From: Candidatus Woesearchaeota archaeon
Lineage (GTDB): Archaea; Nanobdellota; Nanobdellia; Pacearchaeales; UBA284
Reading direction: 5' to 3'
Assembly (NCBI GenBank): GCA_964493265.1
Contig: CAZBLY010000001.1
Location: forward strand, 28,119-92,118
Length of the DNA: 64,000 bases
A program made the translations under genes and the position numbers. The notes under the pieces are model-generated. The model did not search any database and was not told where the DNA came from. It worked only from the letters and a program-made list of their open reading frames with translations. How positions within the stretch are numbered: the first letter of the stretch is position 1; every line of letters starts with the position of its first letter. Shown one piece after another: positions 58,037-64,000 of the stretch.

Positions 58037-58102
58037 GATAACATTCTAATATATGTTTATAAAAAACATAAAATATTAAAAGTTAAAAACCTTGTCCTTA
58101 AG

Positions 58103-58906
58103 ATGTTTGAGTCAATTAAATCTGCAAAAATTAAAGAAGAAGAAGAATGCGAAGAATGTGGTAATAAAGGTGTTCTCATTAATGCTATTATTGATGGTAG
58201 AATGAAGAGGGTATGTAATAGGTGTATTAATTCAACTAATGCAATTATAATTAAAAAACCTCAGAATGTTAAAATAGAAGAGGTCCCAAGACGTTCTGTG
58301 CATGAAATTTTAGAACAAATGTCTGGAATTAAACCAAAACCAATTAAAAAACCGGTTGCAGAGATAAAACTTGAAGATTTGCGACAAAGATATGAGGAAA
58401 TGAAAGAAAAAAGAAAAAAATTACAAGAAGAAAAAGAGCACAAAGAAAAAGAAGAGCAAATAAAATTAAAAAAAGAGTTAGAAGAAAATGAAAAATCTAA
58501 AATATTTGATAGAGATCGTTTTAAAAAATATGTTCAAATGCAAAAAGAAATACGAAAAAGGCCAATAGAAAACACAATAAAAGAAATAAAACCAAAAGAA
58601 ACAGAACCAATAGAAATAGAAGAAAAAGAAATTAACTTTAATATTGAAGCCACCAAAAACACAAAAGTTAGTGACTTATTTAGAAGAATAATAAAAAGAA
58701 AAAGACCAGAATTAAAACCATCACAATCAGAACTCCAACAACCACAATCAGAACAAGCTAAACAATCAACGCAATCAGAACAAAATGAACAACTTAAAAA
58801 GCAAGAAATACAAGAAAAACCTGAAATAACCCCAGAAGAACCAAAAACTGAAGAAAATCCAGTAGAAGAACAAAAACCTGAAGAAAAGCCAGAGGAAAAA
58901 ATTTAA
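58103..58906 (+). CDS. Zn-ribbon protein with long charged coiled-coil/low-complexity region
   Basis: CEECGNKGVLINAIIDGRMKRVCNRC, then E/K-rich and Q/E/P-rich repeats. Confidence 0.3.
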   Translation: MFESIKSAKIKEEEECEECGNKGVLINAIIDGRMKRVCNRCINSTNAIIIKKPQNVKIEEVPRRSVHEILEQMSGIKPKPIKKPVAEIKLEDLRQRYEEMKEKRKKLQEEKEHKEKEEQIKLKKELEENEKSKIFDRDRFKKYVQMQKEIRKRPIENTIKEIKPKETEPIEIEEKEINFNIEATKNTKVSDLFRRIIKRKRPELKPSQSELQQPQSEQAKQSTQSEQNEQLKKQEIQEKPEITPEEPKTEENPVEEQKPEEKPEEKI

Positions 58907-58933
58907 ATAGAGCTTTCTCGAGATTTTATTAAG

Positions 58934-59203
58934 ATGCAAATAAAAATAATAAAATATTCAAAAAATGAGCTTGAAGTTGAAGTAGATAATCTTACAATAG
59001 CTGAACTTCTTAGAAGCATGTTATGGAAAGACAAAGCAACAGAATTGGCTGCATGGAAAAGAAAACATCCAACTAAAAATCCTATTCTCGTTTTAAAAAC
59101 TTCTGGAAAAGATTCAAAAAAAGTGCTTCTTGATACAATAAGCAAGATACAAAAAATAAATGCAGATCTTGTTAAAGAATTAAAAAAAGCTGTCAAGAAA
59201 TAA
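58934..59203 (+). CDS. rpoL: DNA-directed RNA polymerase subunit L (Rpb11 homologue)
   Basis: MQIKIIKYSKNELEVEVDNLTIAELLRSMLWKDKATELAAWKRKHP...ILVLKT compares with the RpoL consensus MEIKIL.K..NELE.EIEGE.HTL.N.LR..L..D..V.FA.Y...HP....P.L...T. Confidence 0.7.
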   Translation: MQIKIIKYSKNELEVEVDNLTIAELLRSMLWKDKATELAAWKRKHPTKNPILVLKTSGKDSKKVLLDTISKIQKINADLVKELKKAVKK

Positions 59204-59218
59204 AAACAAAAAGAAAAA

Positions 59219-59335
59219 ATGAAACGAGGCTCAAGAAGATGGAAAAAGAAAAAACAAATGAGATGGAAGTGGCAACGAAAGCGAATGAAAAGAGAAAAGC
59301 GTAAGAGAAAACAAAGACGAGCTGCTTCAAAATAA
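59219..59335 (+). CDS. rpl41e: ribosomal protein L41e-like (38 aa, not in ORF track)
   Basis: MKRGSRRWKKKKQMRWKWQRKRMKREKRKRKQRRAASK shows the Arg/Lys/Trp pattern of eL41 (..KWRKKRMRRLKRKRRKMR..). Lies immediately after rpoL. Confidence 0.45.
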   Translation: MKRGSRRWKKKKQMRWKWQRKRMKREKRKRKQRRAASK

Positions 59336-59426
59336 ACAAAATAAAATAATACTAACAATATTAATAATAAATAAAATTAATTTTTTCTAGAATTATTAGA
59401 ATTATTTTTTGGTTTTAAATATCTTT

Positions 59427-60875
59427 TTATTTTTTACTGCCAACAAAATATTTAAGTTGCACATTTACTGAACCATTTTTAGGGACATCCCAAGGTTCTT
59501 TAGAACCCTCTTTAAATTCTACTCCCGCCTCAACAATATCATCACCTACAGGAAAACTTCCTCCAACAAAATAAGTTATATCTGTATTGGTTGCTGTTTG
59601 TCCATAAGTAACATTTTTCCAAGTTTTATCTCCAGGCAATAAGGGATTATATTCCACACCCAAACCAAATAATAATTTCAATTTTTTTCCAAATTTTCCA
59701 AGAATACTTAATTTATTAATTGGTTTTAATGAATAAGGATCATAAGGAATATCTCTTTTATATTGTGAAAAAACTTCAATTCCATTTGTTGGTTGCCAAT
59801 AAACTTTGCCTCCAATAGATCCTAAAATTTGATCTAAATCCAAATTTGTACCTATACTTCCATTAATTTCCCCAGCAATGATTCCTGTTTTATCACTGTT
59901 TTCACCTGAACCAAAACCAACTTTTCCTCCAGCATAAATTCTGGTTTCATTTTCAGATATCCTTGCTCCCATGTTTCCACCATTATCTTCATTAAATATC
60001 CAGCTACCAAGTGTAACTAAAGTAGTAAGTTTATTTTGATTTTCAGCACCTTTAATTTCAGTTAGATTTAAGTCTCCATAAAATCTTATTCTTGGATCTC
60101 CCGTATTATTATGGGCTAAATAAGAAAAACCTAAATTATTTGTAGTGGTTGAAACTAAACTATCTGCATCTCCTTGTTTTTTCTTGTCAAATTTTTCTGC
60201 AAAATAAAAATTATGCAAAGCATCATATTCTGTATCTATTCTAAATAGGGCTTTTTCTAATCCTTGGATAGATTTTTTACTATTTCCCTTGCTTGGCTCT
60301 TCACCATTAACAATATTTATTACACCAGTCATATCTCCATTATTAACAAATTTTATTACATCAGTCATATCGCCCCAGTATTGAATATAAGTGCAACACG
60401 ACTTTACATCATCCACAGTAGTTAGAACTTTTTTTCCATCTATTAATTTATAAATTGTTTTGATTTGATTATTATTTATTATTTCAGCCACTTTAGAATT
60501 TATTTGTTTCTTAGTTAAATTATATTTATTATCATCACTCCAATGTTTTATAGTATTATACATACTGCCCCAAACAGTTGATTCTGCATCCATTATTTTA
60601 TCACTTACATGAAGAATTCCATTAACATCAAGTCCAGGTCCATATTCAGTTTCAGGATTAAATACAGGCAACCTCTCTCCTGTTATAGGATTAGCGGGAG
60701 TCCATGTTACTTCATTAGCATTTAATTTAGCTGTTGAAGGTATAAAACCAGTCATAAAAGCAAGAAAACCCAAACCAGCATTAATTTGCGCTTTACTAAT
60801 TTTAATAGGTTTCTTCAGAATTTCTTTACTTTTCTCATAATAGTTCTTTAAATTTTCTTTTAGACCCTTTGCCAT
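59427..60875 (-). CDS. secreted/anchored beta-rich protein (Gly/Asn/Thr/Tyr-rich)
   Basis: N-terminal signal-anchor GLGFLAFMTGFIPSTA. The remainder has alternating hydrophobic/polar patterns with many G, N, Y and T. 482 aa. Confidence 0.35.
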   Translation of the reverse strand: MAKGLKENLKNYYEKSKEILKKPIKISKAQINAGLGFLAFMTGFIPSTAKLNANEVTWTPANPITGERLPVFNPETEYGPGLDVNGILHVSDKIMDAESTVWGSMYNTIKHWSDDNKYNLTKKQINSKVAEIINNNQIKTIYKLIDGKKVLTTVDDVKSCCTYIQYWGDMTDVIKFVNNGDMTGVINIVNGEEPSKGNSKKSIQGLEKALFRIDTEYDALHNFYFAEKFDKKKQGDADSLVSTTTNNLGFSYLAHNNTGDPRIRFYGDLNLTEIKGAENQNKLTTLVTLGSWIFNEDNGGNMGARISENETRIYAGGKVGFGSGENSDKTGIIAGEINGSIGTNLDLDQILGSIGGKVYWQPTNGIEVFSQYKRDIPYDPYSLKPINKLSILGKFGKKLKLLFGLGVEYNPLLPGDKTWKNVTYGQTATNTDITYFVGGSFPVGDDIVEAGVEFKEGSKEPWDVPKNGSVNVQLKYFVGSKK

Positions 60876-61018
60876 TTTGTTCTCATTTCTTATAAATCTT
60901 TTATATTTATAAACCTTTCGTTAACTATCTACTTTTAAGTGACAACGAATTCTCTTAGAAATATAGAAAGTTATTTATATTATCTTCTATATTTTTCATT
61001 AAGGAGGTATAAAAATAA

Positions 61019-61525
61019 ATGGCAGATACTAATTTGTTAGTTACATTTGATCCTGTGCATAAAGAATCAGCAAAAGCAGAAATAAATTTTATTGCAAAAG
61101 AAACAGGTAAAAAAGTAAAAATAATGAGGACAGAAGAAGGTTTGGCAGAAATTAATGCAGACAAACCTAAAGAGATTATCAAGGCTTTAAAAAATATTGA
61201 TAAAGAAAAATTTAAATATACTTTTTATTGGTGGCCTGTTGATGAATGGTGTAAATCTGGAGTAAAAGAAATTCAAGATTGTATAAAAAAAATACAACAA
61301 GGAATTAAAGCAGAAGAAAAGTGGAAAATGGATTTGGCAAAAAGAGAAGTAACCCAGGAATATCCAAAGGATCTAATAATTAAGCTAACAGATGTTATAG
61401 ACAAACAAGAGGTTGACCTCAAGAATCCAGAAAAAATCATCAAGATAGAAATTATTGGTGACAAAACCGCAATTTCTTTATTAACACCAGAAGAAATCTT
61501 TAATGTGCTAAAAATAAAAGGTTAG
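61019..61525 (+). CDS. stand-alone THUMP-like domain protein
   Basis: The N-terminus (ADTNLLVTFDPVHKESAKAEINFIAKETG) resembles the THUMP-domain protein start (LLVTC.RG.E..A..E). SD aaggaggt upstream. Confidence 0.3.
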   Translation: MADTNLLVTFDPVHKESAKAEINFIAKETGKKVKIMRTEEGLAEINADKPKEIIKALKNIDKEKFKYTFYWWPVDEWCKSGVKEIQDCIKKIQQGIKAEEKWKMDLAKREVTQEYPKDLIIKLTDVIDKQEVDLKNPEKIIKIEIIGDKTAISLLTPEEIFNVLKIKG

Positions 61526-61656
61526 GATAAAATTTTAATTTTCTTTTTTTATATTTTTTCTTTTTTATATTTTTATATTTTTTCCCTATAGTAAGGTTTA
61601 TAAATATCTATTCTCATTCCAAATTAAATTAATTTAAGTTAAATTGATGATTTAAA

Positions 61657-61845
61657 ATGCCAAAGAAAAAAATAATTAAATCAAAAGTTGAAAAAGAAAT
61701 CAAAGAAGAATCTGAACAACCTAAAGAAAACGAAGAAAGTTGGGATGAATTTTCAGATGAAAAAGATACTTTTGGTAAAGAAATAGGCGATGAACAAGAA
61801 GAATTTAATGAATTGGATAGTGAAAACGAAGAAGAATTGATGTAA
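61657..61845 (+). CDS. small highly acidic protein
   Basis: A 62 aa E/D-rich ORF with a TATA (ggtttataaata) about 60 nt upstream. Confidence 0.25.
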   Translation: MPKKKIIKSKVEKEIKEESEQPKENEESWDEFSDEKDTFGKEIGDEQEEFNELDSENEEELM

Positions 61846-61960
61846 TCCATATAATCATTTATTTTCTTTTATTTAATTAGATATCAAAATTCTATTAATA
61901 AAAAAATTTAAAAGAACAGTTAGGTTTAATTTTTAAAAGAGATATACCTAAAAATATAAA

Positions 61961-64000
61961 ATGTATAACTTTAAAACTAATGAATTAAGTGTTCTAAAAT
62001 TTTGGAAGGACAGAACTATTTACGAGAAGCTCAAACAAAAGAATAAAAAAGGAAAGCCATTCTATTTTCTTCAAGGCCCCCCATATACTTCTGGAAGAAT
62101 CCATATCGGCCAAGCTTGGAATAATACTCTAAAAGACATGACATTAAGATTCAAACACATGAAAGGTTTTAATGTTTGGGATAGGGCTGGTTATGATACG
62201 CACGGCTTACCTACAGCTAATTTAGTGCAAAAGAAACTACAACTTTTAGACAAAGAATCTATTATGCAATTTGGCATGGATAAATTTATTAAACATTGTA
62301 TGGAAACCAGTAATAAATATGCTAAAATTATGAGTGAGGATTTATTGAGACTTGGCATCTGGATGGACTATAAAAATGCATATATGCCAAACACAAATAA
62401 TTTTATGGAAAATGAATGGTGGTTAATTAAACAAGCACATAAACAAAAAAGACTTTATAAAGGAAAAAAAATTATGCATTGGTGTGCATCATGTGAGACA
62501 GCACTTGCAAAACACGAATTAGAATATAAAGATATCAAAGAAAAAAGCATCTTTCTTAAATTTAAATTAAAAAATAAAAAAAAGGATGATAAAAAAGAAT
62601 ATTTAATAATCTGGACTACAACCCCTTGGACAATTCCATTTAATCTTGCAGTTATGGTTAATCCAAAAATTGATTATGTTAAGGCAAAAGTAGATAACGA
62701 GATTTGGATTCTTGCAAAAGAGCTTGTAAAAAATGTAATAGAAGATGTCCTTGAAAAAAAATACAAGATTATAGAAACATTCAAAGGAAAAAAACTTCTT
62801 GGTTTAGAATATGAATCTCCATTTTATAAAGAACTAAAAGAACAATATAACAAACTTAAAAAGAAACACAAAAAAGTTCATACGATAATCTTATCTGAAC
62901 GATATGTAACAACAGAAACAGGAAGTGGACTTGTTCATTGCGCTCCTGGTTGTGGTCCTGAAGATTTTGAAGTTGGTCATGAATATAATATTCCACCATT
63001 TAATACACTTGATGAAAAAGGAACATTCAAAGATTTAGGAATTTTCACAAATCTTATTGCTAAAAAAGACGATTCAAAAATAAATGAAATTTTAGAAAAA
63101 AATAATGCATTACTTAAAATAATTGAAATAAAACACGAATATCCTTTTTGTTGGAGATGTAATAATCCTGTTATTTTCAGAGCAACAGAACAGTGGTTTC
63201 TCAAAATAGAAGATCTTATTCCAAAAATGTTAAAAATAAATGAAAAAGTAGAATGGATTCCAAAATGGGGAAAAGAAGCCTTTGATTCTTGGATTAAAGT
63301 CTTAAGAGATAATAGTATTACAAGACAAAGATTCTGGGGCACACCTGTTCCTATATGGGAATGTAATAATTGTGGCAAAGTTATTGTCATCGGTTCAAAA
63401 AAAGAATTACAACAAAAAGCTACAACAAAAATTCCAGAAAATCTACATAAACCCTGGGTTGATGATATTAAAATAAAATGTAATAAATGTGGGGCTAATG
63501 CAAAAAGAATTCCTGATGTTTTAGATGTGTGGCTTGACTCAGGAACAACATCTTGGAATTGTTTATATTATCCTAAAAAGAAAAATTTCTTTAACAAATT
63601 TTTCCCAGCAGATTTTATTCTTGAAGCAACAGAACAAATCAAATTATGGTTTTCAATGTTATCAATATGTGGCACAATCGCTCTTAAAAAACCAATTTAT
63701 AAAACTGTTTACATGCATGGTATGATACTCGATTGGAAAGGTAAAAAAATGTCCAAAAGTCTTGGAAATATCATATCCCCTTATGAAGTCATTGATAAAT
63801 ATGGTGTTGATGTTTTTAGATATTATATTTCTGAAATCACTGCCGGAGAAAATATAAGCTTTAGTTGGGAATTAGTAAAACAAAAACATAGACACATTAA
63901 CATCCTTTGGAATATTAAAAACTATATCCTTGAACTGGCCAATCTTATCAAAAGCAATCCAGAAAAAATAAAACCAAAACCAGATATTGAAGAAAAATAT
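61961..64000 (+). CDS. ileS: isoleucyl-tRNA synthetase, N-terminal 680 aa (runs off window end)
   Basis: GPPYTSGRIHIGQAWNNTLKDMTLRFKHMKGFNVWDRAGYDTHGLP resembles IleRS ([22 protein letters not shown]). A WCASCETALAKHELEY editing/Zn region and KMSKSLGN are present. The frame stays open to nt 64000. Confidence 0.85.
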   Translation, partial: MYNFKTNELSVLKFWKDRTIYEKLKQKNKKGKPFYFLQGPPYTSGRIHIGQAWNNTLKDMTLRFKHMKGFNVWDRAGYDTHGLPTANLVQKKLQLLDKESIMQFGMDKFIKHCMETSNKYAKIMSEDLLRLGIWMDYKNAYMPNTNNFMENEWWLIKQAHKQKRLYKGKKIMHWCASCETALAKHELEYKDIKEKSIFLKFKLKNKKKDDKKEYLIIWTTTPWTIPFNLAVMVNPKIDYVKAKVDNEIWILAKELVKNVIEDVLEKKYKIIETFKGKKLLGLEYESPFYKELKEQYNKLKKKHKKVHTIILSERYVTTETGSGLVHCAPGCGPEDFEVGHEYNIPPFNTLDEKGTFKDLGIFTNLIAKKDDSKINEILEKNNALLKIIEIKHEYPFCWRCNNPVIFRATEQWFLKIEDLIPKMLKINEKVEWIPKWGKEAFDSWIKVLRDNSITRQRFWGTPVPIWECNNCGKVIVIGSKKELQQKATTKIPENLHKPWVDDIKIKCNKCGANAKRIPDVLDVWLDSGTTSWNCLYYPKKKNFFNKFFPADFILEATEQIKLWFSMLSICGTIALKKPIYKTVYMHGMILDWKGKKMSKSLGNIISPYEVIDKYGVDVFRYYISEITAGENISFSWELVKQKHRHINILWNIKNYILELANLIKSNPEKIKPKPDIEEKY

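Noticed and set aside
58903-59358. Minus-strand 151-aa ORF overlapping rpoL and the L41e-like gene
   Set aside because: It is antisense to two recognisable plus-strand genes and is F/L/S-rich.
62977-63390. Minus-strand ORF inside ileS
   Set aside because: It is antisense to IleRS, whose frame is confirmed by KMSKS downstream.
1-64000. CRISPR arrays, integrases/transposases near the four tRNA genes, rRNA genes
   Set aside because: No regularly spaced direct repeats of 25-40 bp were seen. No integrase- or transposase-like ORF flanks tRNA-Gly, -Lys, -Ile or -Asn. No rRNA-like GC-rich long segment is present.

Overview
The window is about 28-30% GC, very AT-rich, and densely packed with archaeal-type genes. 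Translation and transcription genes present: aIF5B, aIF-1A, aIF2-beta, aEF-2, uS12, uS7, L7Ae-S28e-L24e, L10e, L15e, a likely L41e, RpoL, TFS and IleRS. Other archaeal-type genes: thermosome, Kae1, Trm5, CCA-adding enzyme, deoxyhypusine synthase, endonuclease V and PEP synthase. There are four tRNAs, one with a bulge-helix-bulge-type intron. Many proteins carry lysine-rich tails. This looks like a chromosomal segment of a small-genome DPANN-type archaeon, though no rRNA is present to confirm that. No CRISPR array, integrase or transposase is visible.

The region outside the housekeeping genes has more of interest.
- Cell-envelope region (about 45.9-58 kb): a candidate surface protein, a type-IV-pilus-like ATPase with a split platform protein, a processive GT2, a thioredoxin-like anchored protein, and a Dol-P-sugar synthase/GT-C pair.
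- A diadenylate-cyclase-domain gene next to a DHH/DHHA1 phosphoesterase, which may be a c-di-AMP make/break pair; the cyclase has an unusual RHR to RFK substitution.
- A secreted protein with an SLT-like lytic transglycosylase motif, odd in an archaeon, next to a small ferritin-like protein.
- An archaeo-eukaryotic primase-superfamily gene next to a small HExxH SprT-like protein, divergent from the S12-S7-EF2 operon; that operon also carries an extra small ORF.
- A membrane-anchored AlbA_2 domain protein.
- Two GC-rich intergenic islands that could be small RNAs.
- A promoter-proximal motif repeated at two loci.

All calls come from reading the translated ORFs and the nucleotide sequence. No database searches were run.
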